A stretch of 64,000 nt of DNA from Reyranella sp. (GTDB taxonomy: Bacteria; Pseudomonadota; Alphaproteobacteria; Reyranellales; Reyranellaceae). The position numbers and the translations under genes were made by a program. The notes under the pieces were generated by a model. The model did not search any database. It was not told the origin of the DNA and worked only from the letters and a program-made list of their open reading frames with translations. The stretch lies in assembly GCF_965227665.1 (NCBI RefSeq), contig NZ_OZ245767.1, positions 1,955,638 to 2,019,637 on the forward strand, in the 5' to 3' direction. The stretch's first letter is position 1. Each line of letters opens with the position of its first letter. Below, piece after piece: positions 18,970-29,227 of this stretch.

Positions 18970-21321
18970 TTGGCGGTATCCATCCAGGCGCGCATTGCCG
19001 GAGAACTCGGGGTCAAGGAACAACAGGTCCAGGCCACGGTCGAGCTGCTCGACGGCGGCGCGACGGTCCCCTTCATCGCGCGCTACAGGAAGGAAGTCAC
19101 CGGCTCGCTCGACGATGCCCAGCTCCGCACGCTCGAGGAGCGGCTGGTGTACCTGCGCGAGCTCGAGGCAAGGCGCAAGGTCATTCTCGACTCCGTGCGC
19201 GAGCAGGGAAAGCTCGATGCGACGCTCGAAGCGGCGATCCTGGCGGCCGACACCAAGGGCCGCCTCGAGGACATCTACCTTCCCTACAAGCCCAAACGCC
19301 GCACCAAGGCGGAGATCGCCAAGGAAGCGGGACTCGAGGCGTTGGCCGACCTGCTGCTCGGCGATCCGACCGTCGATCCGCTGGTCCGCGCCGAGCCCTT
19401 CGTCTCGGCCGACAAGAACGTCGCCACGGCGGCGGCGGCGCTCGAAGGCGCGCGCGCCATCCTGGTCGAGCGCTTCGCCGAGAACGCCGACTTGATCGGG
19501 GCGCTGCGCGAGGAATTCTGGGCCAACGGCCGGCTGGTTTCCAAGGTCCGCGAGGGCAAGCAGGAAGCCGGCGCCAAGTTCAGCGACTACTTCGACTTCT
19601 CCGAAGCGCTGGCCAAGATGCCCTCGCATCGCGTGCTGGCCCTGTGCCGCGGCGAGCGCGAGGAAATCCTCGGTCTCACCGTCGAGCCGGACGATCCCGC
19701 GACGCGTCCGCCCGCGGCGCAGATGGTTCCCAGCGCCTACGAGCTTCGCATCATGCGGACCTACGGCATCTCCGACCAGGGGCGGCCGGGTGACAAATGG
19801 CTGACCGACACGGTGCGCTGGGCGTGGCGCACCAAGATCACCATCATGCTGTCGATCGACCTCCGGCTGCGCCTCTGGACGGCGGCGGAGGAAGAAGCTG
19901 TGCGGGTCTTCGCCTCGAACCTGCGCGACCTGCTGCTCGCCGCGCCGGCCGGCACGCGGCCGACCCTCGGGCTCGATCCGGGATACCGCTCGGGCGTGAA
20001 GGTCGCGGTCGTCGACGCCACCGGCAAGGTGGTGGCGACCAGCACGATCTATCCGCACGAGCCGCAGCGCCGCTGGGACGAATCGCTCGCCATCCTGGCG
20101 AGGCTGGTGCGCGAGCATAAGGTCGAGCTGATCGCCATCGGCAACGGCACCGCCTCGCGAGAGACCGACAAGCTCGCCATCGAGCTGCTGAAGGGTCTCT
20201 CCGACCTCAAGCTGCAGAAGATCGTGGTCTCGGAAGCCGGAGCCTCTGTCTATTCGGCGTCGGCCTATGCGTCGGAGGAACTTCCCGGCCTCGACGTGAC
20301 CCTGCGCGGCGCCGTGTCAATCGCGCGCCGGCTCCAGGATCCGCTGGCCGAGCTGGTGAAGATCGATCCCAAGTCGATCGGCGTCGGCCAGTACCAGCAC
20401 GATCTCAGCGAGTTCAAGCTGTCGCGTTCGCTCGACGCCGTTGTCGAGGATTGCGTGAACGGCGTCGGTGTGGATCTCAACACGGCATCGGCACCGCTGC
20501 TGGCGCGCGTCTCCGGCATCGGCACGTCGCTGGCCCAGAGCATCGTCTCCCACCGCGACACCAACGGCGCCTTCCGGTCGCGCAAGGCGCTGAAGGACGT
20601 GCCGCGCCTCGGACCCAAGGCCTTCGAACAGTGCGCGGGCTTCCTGCGCATCCCCGGCGGCGAGGACCCGCTCGACGCCTCCGCGGTGCATCCCGAATCC
20701 TATCCGGTCGTCCACCGGATCCTGGAGGCGACCAAGAGCAAGATCGATGCCGTGCTGGGCAATGCCGCCGTGCTGCGCGCCCTGTCGCCGAGCGCGTTCG
20801 TCGACGAGCGGTTCGGCCTGCCCACCGTCACCGACATCCTGCGCGAGCTGGAGAAGCCGGGACGCGATCCGCGCCCGGCCTTCAAGACCGCAGAGTTCAA
20901 GGCCGGTATCGAGACGCTGAACGACCTCGAGCCCGGCATGATCCTCGAAGGCGTCGTCACCAACGTGGCCGCCTTCGGCGCCTTCGTCGATATCGGCGTC
21001 CACCAGGACGGTCTGGTGCACGTGTCGGCGCTGTCGAAGACCTTCGTGAAGGATCCGCGCAGTGTGGTGAAGCCGGGCGACATCGTGCGCGTCAAGGTTC
21101 TGGACGTGGACAAGCCGCGCAAGCGCATCGCCCTGTCGTTGCGGCTCGACGACGAGGCCGGCAGCCAATCTCCACGCTCCAACCGTCCGGAAGCCGGCGG
21201 CGCGTCCCGGCGCGATCAGGCCCGCGTTAAGTCGGCTAAGCCCAGCGCTCCCGCCAGCGCTCCCGGTAGCGCATTGGCCGACGCTTTGCGCCGGGCCGGT
21301 GTCGCCGCTGGCCGGAAGTGA
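18970..21321 (+). CDS. tex: Tex-like transcription accessory protein (YqgF/HhH/S1 domains)
   Basis: [37 protein letters not shown] at the N-terminus and a C-terminal S1 domain ([33 protein letters not shown]). No ATG lies near the conserved N-terminus, so I propose the in-frame TTG at 18970. Confidence 0.85.
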   Translation: MAVSIQARIAGELGVKEQQVQATVELLDGGATVPFIARYRKEVTGSLDDAQLRTLEERLVYLRELEARRKVILDSVREQGKLDATLEAAILAADTKGRLEDIYLPYKPKRRTKAEIAKEAGLEALADLLLGDPTVDPLVRAEPFVSADKNVATAAAALEGARAILVERFAENADLIGALREEFWANGRLVSKVREGKQEAGAKFSDYFDFSEALAKMPSHRVLALCRGEREEILGLTVEPDDPATRPPAAQMVPSAYELRIMRTYGISDQGRPGDKWLTDTVRWAWRTKITIMLSIDLRLRLWTAAEEEAVRVFASNLRDLLLAAPAGTRPTLGLDPGYRSGVKVAVVDATGKVVATSTIYPHEPQRRWDESLAILARLVREHKVELIAIGNGTASRETDKLAIELLKGLSDLKLQKIVVSEAGASVYSASAYASEELPGLDVTLRGAVSIARRLQDPLAELVKIDPKSIGVGQYQHDLSEFKLSRSLDAVVEDCVNGVGVDLNTASAPLLARVSGIGTSLAQSIVSHRDTNGAFRSRKALKDVPRLGPKAFEQCAGFLRIPGGEDPLDASAVHPESYPVVHRILEATKSKIDAVLGNAAVLRALSPSAFVDERFGLPTVTDILRELEKPGRDPRPAFKTAEFKAGIETLNDLEPGMILEGVVTNVAAFGAFVDIGVHQDGLVHVSALSKTFVKDPRSVVKPGDIVRVKVLDVDKPRKRIALSLRLDDEAGSQSPRSNRPEAGGASRRDQARVKSAKPSAPASAPGSALADALRRAGVAAGRK

Positions 21322-21326
21322 ACGCA

Positions 21327-21397
21327 CTCAGCCCCTAAGGAACGGCGAGCCTTCCTCACTCCTACGGAAGTGGGGACAGCTCGCCCGACGGGCTGAG
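21327..21397 (+). terminator. three-tier GC-rich stem-loop immediately after the tex stop (no U-tract)
   Basis: CTCAGCCC (21327..21334) pairs with GGGCTGAG (21390..21397), and GGCGAGC (21344..21350) pairs with GCTCGCC (21379..21385). There is also an inner CTTCC/GGAAG pair. Confidence 0.4.
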
Positions 21398-21618
21398 CCG
21401 AGCATTCGCCGCCGGTGTTGCCATCGGCGCGGCGGGGCAACGCGCGCCCGCCGATACGGCAAGACGCCCGCGTGATTGTCGCGGAGTGTGCGAATTCCCA
21501 CAGACCGCCCTTCCCCTCGAACGATAGAAGATTGCGACGGCCGGGCTCGACGGACACCAGACACTCCGATCGTGCTGGTTCCCCGGCCGGTAACGACACA
21601 CGCAATCGGGGAGCGGTC

Positions 21619-22902
21619 ATGCCCACATTCCTGCAAATCGCCCCACTCGTCAGTGTGGCGTTGCTGGCGCTCATTATGCCGGTGTGCATTTTCATCGCCC
21701 GGAACAACGTTCGGAGTTTCCGCAGCCTCATCGTCGACGATCTTTCGAAGCTTTTCAGTTTCGCGAAGGGACAGGGTGGAACACCCTTGATCGTGCCGTC
21801 GTTCGAGTTGGTGAAGTACAAATATGACGAGGCCCGCGATCCCATCTCGGTTCGGAGCTGGGCCCTGCCGGTCCTGCTGTTCGTTACGCTCTCGATTCTG
21901 GGCTTCTATTTGGCCTTCGCGCCGCTCCAATGGTCAGACTTCTACGCCCACAGCTTCTTTCTCTCAGGGGGAGCTCGCCAATCCAGCCCGCCGGAGCTCG
22001 TTGGCGTGCTCGTCTTTTGCTTCCTTGGAGGCTATGTCTGGAGCGTTCAGTATCTGATACGGCGCGTGGCCAACTTCGATCTCCGGCCACTCTCCTTTAT
22101 CCGCTGCACCCTTCACATTCTGCTCGGCAGCTTCGTCAGCGCGGCGGCCTGGCACACCGCCAGTAGCGTTGGCGGAGAGTCTCTCAAGCTGGCGGCACCC
22201 CTGGCCTTCCTGGTGGGACTCTATCCGACCCTCATGCTCGACAGGCTGATGGCTCACTTCTCTTACTTGCAGATGAGGCGTGTGAGCGAGGCGACACGGA
22301 GGCTCTGCGAGGAGGTCCCCTTGGATGCGATCCTGGGGATCGATCCCTACATCAAGTTCAGGCTGGCGGAATTCGAGATCGAGGACATCCAGAATCTCGC
22401 GACCACGAACCCGATCCAACTGTTCGTAGAGACCCCCTACGGACTGTACGAAGCGATCGACTGGGTCGCCCAGGCGCAGCTGATATTGGCCGTAGGCCCC
22501 GCGAAGACCGGGCAGCTTCGCCAGCTCGGCATCAGGACCCTGTTCGATCTCGAACGCGCTGTCTTCAACACCGCGGCGCGTGTCCGGATAGCGTCGATCC
22601 TGTTGCCGGAACTGTCGTCCGAAGAAGCTGCGGCGATCGAGAAATCCACACCGCCCTACACCCATCGAGACAAGGCGGACGAGTGCCGGAACGATCGCGC
22701 CAAGCAGCCGCCATGGTGGGCCAACCCGCTCCAATGCGGCAGCAGCGAAGTCATCCTTGATTGCCGTGAACCGCTCGAGGCCCTGGTGGCAATTCTGCGG
22801 GACGACCTGCACGTCATGCGGCTGCGGCAGATCTGGGACGTGGTCCGGGATCGCCTGGAGAAGCGGCCGCATATCTGCCCGCCCGGCGCTGCGCCAGGGT
22901 GA
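21619..22902 (+). CDS. hypothetical integral membrane protein, compositionally atypical orphan
   Basis: ATG 21619 with GGGGAG at 21608. 427 aa, with several N-terminal TM segments followed by a soluble C-terminal part. Visibly lower GC than its neighbours. No family recognised. Confidence 0.6.
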   Translation: MPTFLQIAPLVSVALLALIMPVCIFIARNNVRSFRSLIVDDLSKLFSFAKGQGGTPLIVPSFELVKYKYDEARDPISVRSWALPVLLFVTLSILGFYLAFAPLQWSDFYAHSFFLSGGARQSSPPELVGVLVFCFLGGYVWSVQYLIRRVANFDLRPLSFIRCTLHILLGSFVSAAAWHTASSVGGESLKLAAPLAFLVGLYPTLMLDRLMAHFSYLQMRRVSEATRRLCEEVPLDAILGIDPYIKFRLAEFEIEDIQNLATTNPIQLFVETPYGLYEAIDWVAQAQLILAVGPAKTGQLRQLGIRTLFDLERAVFNTAARVRIASILLPELSSEEAAAIEKSTPPYTHRDKADECRNDRAKQPPWWANPLQCGSSEVILDCREPLEALVAILRDDLHVMRLRQIWDVVRDRLEKRPHICPPGAAPG

Positions 22903-23019
22903 TGCCCTCGACGCGCGAGGCCCGTAGAGAAGGTGAACTCAGGCACGGATAGCAAGCCGACCAGCGGAACTGGCACAACGCTTGCGAGTGTTGTGCCGGT
23001 CGGCTCTTATGCGGCCGTC

Positions 23020-24561
23020 ATGCATCCCTATCATCACGCCCGCACCCATCCCGACAAGCCCGCCTACATCATGGCCGGCAGCGGCGAGACGGTGACCTAC
23101 CGCCAGCTCGACGAGCAGTCCAACCGCATCGCGCAGCTCTTCCGCTCGCTCGGCCTGCAGGCCGGCGATCATGTCGCGATCTTCCTCGAGAACAACCCGC
23201 GGTTCTTCGAGATCTGCTGGGGCGCCCAGCGCTCGGGCCTGGTCTACACGGCGATCAGTTCGCGCCTCACCGCCGCCGAGGTCGACTATATCGTCACCGA
23301 CTGCGGCGCCCGGCTGTTCGTCACCTCCAAGGCGCTGGCCGACAAGGCGGCCGACCTCGTGCCGCTGATGAAGGGCGCGCCGCACCGCTACATGATCGAC
23401 GGCACGATTCCCGGCTACGAGGCTTGGGAGGACGCGGTCGCGCGCTTCCCTGCGACTCCGATCGCCGACGAGACGGCCGGCCACGACATGCTCTATTCGT
23501 CGGGAACGACGGGCCGGCCCAAGGGCGTCATGCCGGTGGTCGAGAAGCAGCCGATCGACTTCGACAATCCGCTGCTGGCGGTCAGCCGCAGGCTCTACGG
23601 CATCGACAGCGACACGGTCTATCTGTCGCCGGCGCCGCTCTATCATGCGGCTCCGCTGCGCTTCAACATGAGCGTCATGCGGCTGGGCGGCACCTCGGTG
23701 ATCATGGAGCATTTCGATGCCGAGGAATATCTGGCGCTGATTGCCAAGCACCGGATCACGCACACCCAGGTCGTGCCGACCATGTTCGTGCGTTTCCTCA
23801 AGCTCCCGGACGAGGTGCGCGCGAAGTACGACGTCTCGTCGCTGAAGTGCGCGATCCATGCCGCCGCGCCCTGTCCGATCCCGACCAAGGAAGCGATGAT
23901 CCAATGGTGGGGCCCGATCATCTGGGAGTATTACGGCGGCACCGAAGGCAACGGCCTCACCATGTGCAACGCCCAGGAATGGATGGCGCACAAGGGCACG
24001 GTCGGCCGCGCCATCATCGGCAAGCTGAAGATCTGCGACGACGAGGGCACCGAGCTGCCGACCGGCGAATCCGGCACCGTCTATTTCGCCGAGGGTCGTC
24101 CCTTCGAGTATCACAACGACCCGAAGAAGACCGCCGAGTCGCGCCATCCCAAGGGCTGGAGCACGCTCGGCGACGTGGGCTATCTCGACGCCGACGGCTT
24201 CCTGCACCTGACCGACCGCAAGGCCTTCATGATCATCTCCGGCGGGGTGAACATCTACCCGCAGGAATGCGAGAACCTGCTGATCAACCATCCCAAGGTG
24301 ATGGACTGCGCCGTGTTCGGCGTGCCCAATCCGGACTTCGGGGAGGAAGTGAAGGCCGTCGTGCAGCCGCGCGACATGGCCGACGCCGGCCCCGCGCTGG
24401 CCGAGGAGCTGATCGCCTACTGCAAGCAGCACCTCTCCGCGATCAAGTGCCCGCGCAGCGTCGACTTCGAAGAGGAGCTGCCGCGCCATCCGACCGGCAA
24501 GCTCTACAAGCGCCTGCTGCGCGACCGCTACTGGCAGGGCATGGCCAGCAAGATCGCGTAG
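23020..24561 (+). CDS. acyl-CoA synthetase / AMP-dependent ligase
   Basis: AMP-binding motif LYSSGTTGRPKGV, plus YGGTEG and GDVGYLDADGFLHLTDRK. Start taken at MHPYHHARTHPDKPAY. The ORF extends upstream to 22933. Confidence 0.85.
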   Translation: MHPYHHARTHPDKPAYIMAGSGETVTYRQLDEQSNRIAQLFRSLGLQAGDHVAIFLENNPRFFEICWGAQRSGLVYTAISSRLTAAEVDYIVTDCGARLFVTSKALADKAADLVPLMKGAPHRYMIDGTIPGYEAWEDAVARFPATPIADETAGHDMLYSSGTTGRPKGVMPVVEKQPIDFDNPLLAVSRRLYGIDSDTVYLSPAPLYHAAPLRFNMSVMRLGGTSVIMEHFDAEEYLALIAKHRITHTQVVPTMFVRFLKLPDEVRAKYDVSSLKCAIHAAAPCPIPTKEAMIQWWGPIIWEYYGGTEGNGLTMCNAQEWMAHKGTVGRAIIGKLKICDDEGTELPTGESGTVYFAEGRPFEYHNDPKKTAESRHPKGWSTLGDVGYLDADGFLHLTDRKAFMIISGGVNIYPQECENLLINHPKVMDCAVFGVPNPDFGEEVKAVVQPRDMADAGPALAEELIAYCKQHLSAIKCPRSVDFEEELPRHPTGKLYKRLLRDRYWQGMASKIA

Positions 24562-24619
24562 ACGGTCGCCGGCCTCCGCCGATGTGCTAAGGGTATCTCC
24601 ACAGTTCAGGGAGGTCACC

Positions 24620-25591
24620 ATGAAGGCAGCCGTCGTCACCGATAAGGGCGTCCAGTTCACCGACGCCCCCAAGCCCGTGCCCAAGGCGGGCGAGATCCTG
24701 ATCAAGGTGAAGGCGGCGTCGCTGAACCGCGCCGACCTCGCGGTAGCGTCCGGCCATTCGCACGGCCGCATCGGCGGTCCCGGCACCATCGTGGGCCTCG
24801 AATGCGCCGGCGAGGTCGAGGCGGTCGGCCCTGACGTGAAGGACTTCAAGCCGGGCGACAGGGTCATGAGCGCGGCGGCGGGTGGCTTCGCCGAATACGC
24901 CGTCACCGATTCCGGCCGCGCCCACAAGATCCCCGCGAACAACATGAGCTATGAGCAGGCCGCCTGTATGCCGGTCGCCGTTCAGACCATGCACAACGCC
25001 CTGGTCGGCGCCGGGCGCCTCAAGAAGGGCGAGACCGTGTTGATCCAGGGCGCCAGCTCGGGCGTCGGCCTGCTCGGCATGCAGATCGCCAAGATCATGG
25101 GCGCCTCCGTCGTGCTCGGCAGCTCGACCAACGACGGCCGCCGCGCGCGACTGGGCGAGTTCGGCTGCGACGTGGCGATCGACACACGTGATCCGAAGTG
25201 GCCGGACAAGGTCAAGGAAGCGACCGGCGGCAAGGGCGTCGACCTGATCGTCGACCAGGTCTCCGGCGGCGTGATGAACCAGAACATGGAGGCCGCCGCC
25301 ATCCTCGGCCGCATCGTCAATGTCGGCCGGCTGGGCGGCATGAAGGGCGAGTTCAACTTCGACCTGCATGCGCTGAAGCGCATCGACTATATCGGCGTCA
25401 CCTTCCGCACCCGCAGCCCCGAGGAGGTCCGCGACATCGTGCAGGCCGCCCGCGAGGATCTCTGGCCGGCCATCGAGGACGGCAAGCTCAGCCTGCCGAT
25501 CGACAAGACCTTCCCCCTGTCCGAGGCGGCCGCCGCGCTTGCGCACATGAAGGCGAACGCTCATTTCGGCAAAATCGTCCTGGTGGTCTGA
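24620..25591 (+). CDS. NADPH:quinone oxidoreductase / MDR-family zinc-type dehydrogenase
   Basis: MKAAVVTDKG..., GEILIKVKAASLNRADL, and the Rossmann motif GASSGVGLLGMQIAK. Confidence 0.8.
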   Translation: MKAAVVTDKGVQFTDAPKPVPKAGEILIKVKAASLNRADLAVASGHSHGRIGGPGTIVGLECAGEVEAVGPDVKDFKPGDRVMSAAAGGFAEYAVTDSGRAHKIPANNMSYEQAACMPVAVQTMHNALVGAGRLKKGETVLIQGASSGVGLLGMQIAKIMGASVVLGSSTNDGRRARLGEFGCDVAIDTRDPKWPDKVKEATGGKGVDLIVDQVSGGVMNQNMEAAAILGRIVNVGRLGGMKGEFNFDLHALKRIDYIGVTFRTRSPEEVRDIVQAAREDLWPAIEDGKLSLPIDKTFPLSEAAAALAHMKANAHFGKIVLVV

Positions 25592-25601
25592 GAGGTCCGT
25601 C

Positions 25602-26525
25602 ATGAAAGCCGCATACATCGAAAAATTCGGCGGACCCGAGGTTCTGATCGTCGGTGACCTCCCCGATCCCGTCGCCGGCCCGGGCCAGATCGTCGTCGAG
25701 ACGGTGGCAGCCAGCATCAATGGCGCCGACGCGAAAGTCTGCGCCGGCGAATATCCCGGTCAGCCCCGCTTTCCCTTGAGCCTGGGACGCGACTTCTCCG
25801 GCGTCGTCGCGACGCTTGGCGATGGCGTGTCGGACTTGCGTGTCGGCGACGCGGTGTTCGGTGTCCTGGAAACCGGCCGCGACGGCACCTATGTCGAGAA
25901 GCTGGCAATTGGCGCGGCCATCGTTGCGAGGAAGCCAGAGACGCTCACGCATGTCGAAGCCGCGGCCTTGGCGCTTATTGGCCTTACGGCTTTGTGCACC
26001 ATCGAAAACGCCCTGAAGCTGCAGAAGGGCGAAACGATTCTGATCCAGGGCGGCGCTGGCGGCGTGGCGAGCTTCGCCATTCAGCTCGCCAAGCATCTCG
26101 GCGCCCATGTCATCACCACGGCAAGCGCTGCCAACGCGCCGTATCTGCGCGAGATCGGCGCCGATCAGGTCATCGATTGCAATTCGACCGACTTCACCAA
26201 GGCGGCAAGCGATTGCGATGCCGTGTTCGATACCGTGGGCGGCGACGTCGCGATGCGATCGTTTTCGGTCCTGAAGCCTGGGGGACGCGCCGCCTTCATC
26301 GCCTCGGGGGCCCAGGCCCCCAAGCCCGACCGCGGCGATGTCACCGCCTTGCGGCCCGCCGTTCCCCGCACCCGCGCGCACCTCGAGCGCATCGTGGAGC
26401 TTCATCGCATCGGCGCCGTTCGCGTACCTCCCATCACTGAATTCAGTCTGGCCCAGGCGGCGGATGCGCTGCGGGTCAGTGCCAGCCGTCACCTCAAGGG
26501 CAAGCTGGTACTCAAAACGCGGTGA
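25602..26525 (+). CDS. NADP-dependent quinone oxidoreductase-like MDR-family protein
   Basis: MKAAYIEKFGGPEVLIVGDLPDP..., GGAGGVASFAIQLAK. Confidence 0.8.
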   Translation: MKAAYIEKFGGPEVLIVGDLPDPVAGPGQIVVETVAASINGADAKVCAGEYPGQPRFPLSLGRDFSGVVATLGDGVSDLRVGDAVFGVLETGRDGTYVEKLAIGAAIVARKPETLTHVEAAALALIGLTALCTIENALKLQKGETILIQGGAGGVASFAIQLAKHLGAHVITTASAANAPYLREIGADQVIDCNSTDFTKAASDCDAVFDTVGGDVAMRSFSVLKPGGRAAFIASGAQAPKPDRGDVTALRPAVPRTRAHLERIVELHRIGAVRVPPITEFSLAQAADALRVSASRHLKGKLVLKTR

Positions 26526-26592
26526 GCGTCGCTTGCACGCAGGAACGCCAATGCCCATTTTGAAGAGATCGTATTGGTCGTATGAGGCTATT

Positions 26593-26680
26593 GTCGTCCT
26601 GAGCGCAGCGAAGGACCTAGCCTCACAACCATCGGAGTGTCTGTAGCTGGCGCTAGGTCCTTCGCTGCGCTCAGGACGAC
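26593..26680. repeat. palindromic REP-like element, variant copy (29-bp arms)
   Basis: GTCGTCCTGAGCGCAGCGAAGGACCTAGC ... GCTAGGTCCTTCGCTGCGCTCAGGACGAC. Same family as the copies at 35466 and 38561. Confidence 0.85.
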
Positions 26681-26700
26681 ATAGAGAGAAGGTGTGCCCC

Positions 26701-28146
26701 ATGAGCAAGTCGATCAACCATCTCGCCACCGCCGACGGCCTGTTCTTCGGCAAGGACGGCCTCGACAAGCGCAAGACCGAGAAGATGGTCGACGACGCGC
26801 TGGCCGGGACCGACGATGGCGAGCTGTTCCTCGAATATGTGCAGAGCGAGAGCCTGTCGTTCGACGACGGCAAGCTGAAGAGCGCGTCCTACGACACCTC
26901 GCAGGGCTTCGGCCTGCGCTCGGTGGCGGGCGACGTCACGGGCTTCGCCCACGCCTCGGCGCTCGACGAGCAGGCACTGAAGCGCGCGACCGAGACGGTG
27001 AAGACCGTTCGCTCGGGCCGCGGTGGTACGTCCGACGAGTCGCCGCGCGGCACCAATCGCCTCCTCTATGCCGACGACAATCCGATCGACGGCGTGCCCT
27101 TCGCCCAGAAGGTCGCGCTGATGCAGGAGATCGACGCCTATGTGCGGGGCAAGGAGCCCAAGGCTCGCCAGGTCTCGGTCTCGCTGTCGGGCTCGTGGCA
27201 GGTCGTGGAGATCGTGCGCGCCGGCGGCTGGCGCGCCGCAGACGTGCGTCCGCTGGTGCGGCTGAACGTCAGCGTGGTCTGCGCCGACGGCACACGCATG
27301 GAGGCCGGCAGCACCGGCAGCGGCCGCCGCGCCGCCTATGGCGACATCTTCCTGCCGTCCTATTGGCAGAAGGAGGCCGACGAGGCGATCCGCCAGTCGC
27401 TGGTCAACCTCGATTCGATCGACGCGCCGGCCGGCGAGATGCCGGTCGTGCTGGGCGCCGGCTGGTCGGGTGTACTTTGGCACGAAGCGGTCGGCCACGG
27501 GCTGGAAGGCGACTTCCACCGCAAGAAGACCTCGATGTTCAGCCACCTGATGGGCGAGATGATTGCCTCGCCCGGCGTCACCGTAGTCGACGACGGCACC
27601 CTGAACGACCGCCGCGGTTCGCTCACCATCGACGACGAGGGCACGCCGACGCAGCGAAACGTCCTGATCGAGGACGGCCGCCTGGTGGGCCTCATGCAGG
27701 ATCGCATGAACGCGCGACTGATGGGCGTGAAGCCGACCGGCAACGGCCGCCGGCAGGGCCACGCCCACGCGCCGATGCCGCGCATGACCAACACCTTCAT
27801 GCTGGGCGGCGACAAGGACCCGAAGGAGATCATCGCCTCCGTCAAGAAGGGCCTCTACTGCGCCAACTTCGGCGGCGGCCAGGTCGACATCGTCTCGGGC
27901 AAGTTCGTGTTCAGCGTGACCGAGGGCTACCTGATCGAGGACGGCAAGATCGGCCGCCCGGTCAAGGGCGCCACCTTGATCGGCGCCGGCTCCGACGCCC
28001 TGACCCGCGTCGGCATGGTCGGTAACGACATGTCGCTCGATCCGGGCATCGGCACCTGCGGCAAGGACGGCCAAGGCGTCCCCGTCGGCGTCGGCCAGCC
28101 GACCCTGCGCATCGACGCCCTCACGGTGGGCGGCACCGCGACCTGA
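26701..28146 (+). CDS. tldD: metalloprotease TldD
   Basis: TldD-like along its whole length (HEAVGHGLEGDF zinc-binding region, GNGRRQGHAHAPMPRMTNT). ATG 26701 has a GAGAGAAGG RBS. The GTG at 26692 is an alternative. Confidence 0.9.
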   Translation: MSKSINHLATADGLFFGKDGLDKRKTEKMVDDALAGTDDGELFLEYVQSESLSFDDGKLKSASYDTSQGFGLRSVAGDVTGFAHASALDEQALKRATETVKTVRSGRGGTSDESPRGTNRLLYADDNPIDGVPFAQKVALMQEIDAYVRGKEPKARQVSVSLSGSWQVVEIVRAGGWRAADVRPLVRLNVSVVCADGTRMEAGSTGSGRRAAYGDIFLPSYWQKEADEAIRQSLVNLDSIDAPAGEMPVVLGAGWSGVLWHEAVGHGLEGDFHRKKTSMFSHLMGEMIASPGVTVVDDGTLNDRRGSLTIDDEGTPTQRNVLIEDGRLVGLMQDRMNARLMGVKPTGNGRRQGHAHAPMPRMTNTFMLGGDKDPKEIIASVKKGLYCANFGGGQVDIVSGKFVFSVTEGYLIEDGKIGRPVKGATLIGAGSDALTRVGMVGNDMSLDPGIGTCGKDGQGVPVGVGQPTLRIDALTVGGTAT

Positions 28147-28167
28147 CTTGAGATTGCCCTTCAAACT

Positions 28168-28190
28168 CCTCTTCCCCGATGGGGAAGAGG
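28168..28190. terminator. 10-bp perfect hairpin between convergent tldD and panE
   Basis: CCTCTTCCCC gat GGGGAAGAGG. No clear U-tract. Confidence 0.45.
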
Positions 28191-28239
28191 GACACGAGGG
28201 GCACTCGCTACCGCTTCTACTTTTTCGCGGCGCCCCTGT

Positions 28240-29226
28240 TCAGGACCGGTATAGGCCCTTCGATTCGGCGAGGCTGACGCAGATCGATTCGATGGCGTCG
28301 AGCGTGGGCGTGTCGAGGCCGGCGCTCCGCGCAAAGGCAAGGGGCGCACGCACGATCGACTCGATTTCCATCGGCCGGCCGCCTTCGTAATCCTGCAGGA
28401 TCGAAGGCCGGTGATCGGGATAGACACGCTTGGGCCCGTAGCGGACCTCGGGCGAATCGTCGAGCACGACGCCGTTCGCGGCGGCGATGGCCAGCGCCTC
28501 GGCATGGGCGCGGCGCGCCAGGCGATTGACCATCGGCGTCGCCTGGATGGTCGTGGGCTGGCGCAGGATGAGGCAGAGCGTCGAGCCGGTGAAGTTGGCC
28601 ATCAGCTTGTGCCAGATGTCGTAGCGGATGTCGGTGGTCGAGGGCGAGGAAATGCCCGCCGCGATCAGGGTTTCGCGCAGCTTGAGGATCCGCGGCGTCT
28701 GACCGTCGTCGGGCTCGCCGACCCACAGCACGTTACGCTCTGGCGAGATGTTGCGCACCACGCCGGGCTCGATCACGTGGTTGGACGAGGTGATGACGCC
28801 GCCCAGGGTGCGGTCGAAGCCGACCGTCTTGAGCAGCGCACCGCCGGGATCGAGCCGCGACAGATCGGGCGCCGGAGGCCGGTCCTTGCCCAGCCCGTGG
28901 CCGTACCACCAGGGAATGCCGTTCTGCGCGAAAACCACCGGCGTGCCGGGACCCAGAAGCGGCGCCACCGTGTCGGCGATCGCCGAGAGGCTGGAGGCCT
29001 TCAGGGTCGAGATCACCACGTCCTGCGGGCCGAGATCGGCCGGACTGTCGCTGGCGGCGACCCTGGCGACGATCGTCTTGTCGCCGGTCAGCAGCGTCAG
29101 GCCGTTGGCGCGGATCGCCTCGAGATGCGGGCCGCGCGCCACGACCGAGACCTCGTTGCCGGCCGCCGCGAGGCGCGTCGCATAGTTGCCGCCGATCGCG
29201 CCGGCGCCGAAAACGCAGATACGCAT
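28240..29226 (-). CDS. panE: 2-dehydropantoate 2-reductase (ketopantoate reductase, ApbA/PanE family)
   Basis: MRICVFGAGAIGGNYATRLAAAGNEVSVVARG is the N-terminal Rossmann motif. A PanE-like C-terminal domain follows. Confidence 0.75.
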   Translation of the reverse strand: MRICVFGAGAIGGNYATRLAAAGNEVSVVARGPHLEAIRANGLTLLTGDKTIVARVAASDSPADLGPQDVVISTLKASSLSAIADTVAPLLGPGTPVVFAQNGIPWWYGHGLGKDRPPAPDLSRLDPGGALLKTVGFDRTLGGVITSSNHVIEPGVVRNISPERNVLWVGEPDDGQTPRILKLRETLIAAGISSPSTTDIRYDIWHKLMANFTGSTLCLILRQPTTIQATPMVNRLARRAHAEALAIAAANGVVLDDSPEVRYGPKRVYPDHRPSILQDYEGGRPMEIESIVRAPLAFARSAGLDTPTLDAIESICVSLAESKGLYRS

Positions 29227-29227
29227 C

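Noticed and set aside
18796-20118. 440-aa minus-strand ORF
   Set aside because: It is antisense to tex and carries no motifs.
22939-24945. 668-aa minus-strand ORF, the longest in the window
   Set aside because: It is antisense to the acyl-CoA synthetase and the first quinone oxidoreductase, both of which have clear signature motifs. Its composition is that of a shadow ORF.
26671-28164. 497-aa minus-strand ORF
   Set aside because: It is antisense to tldD.
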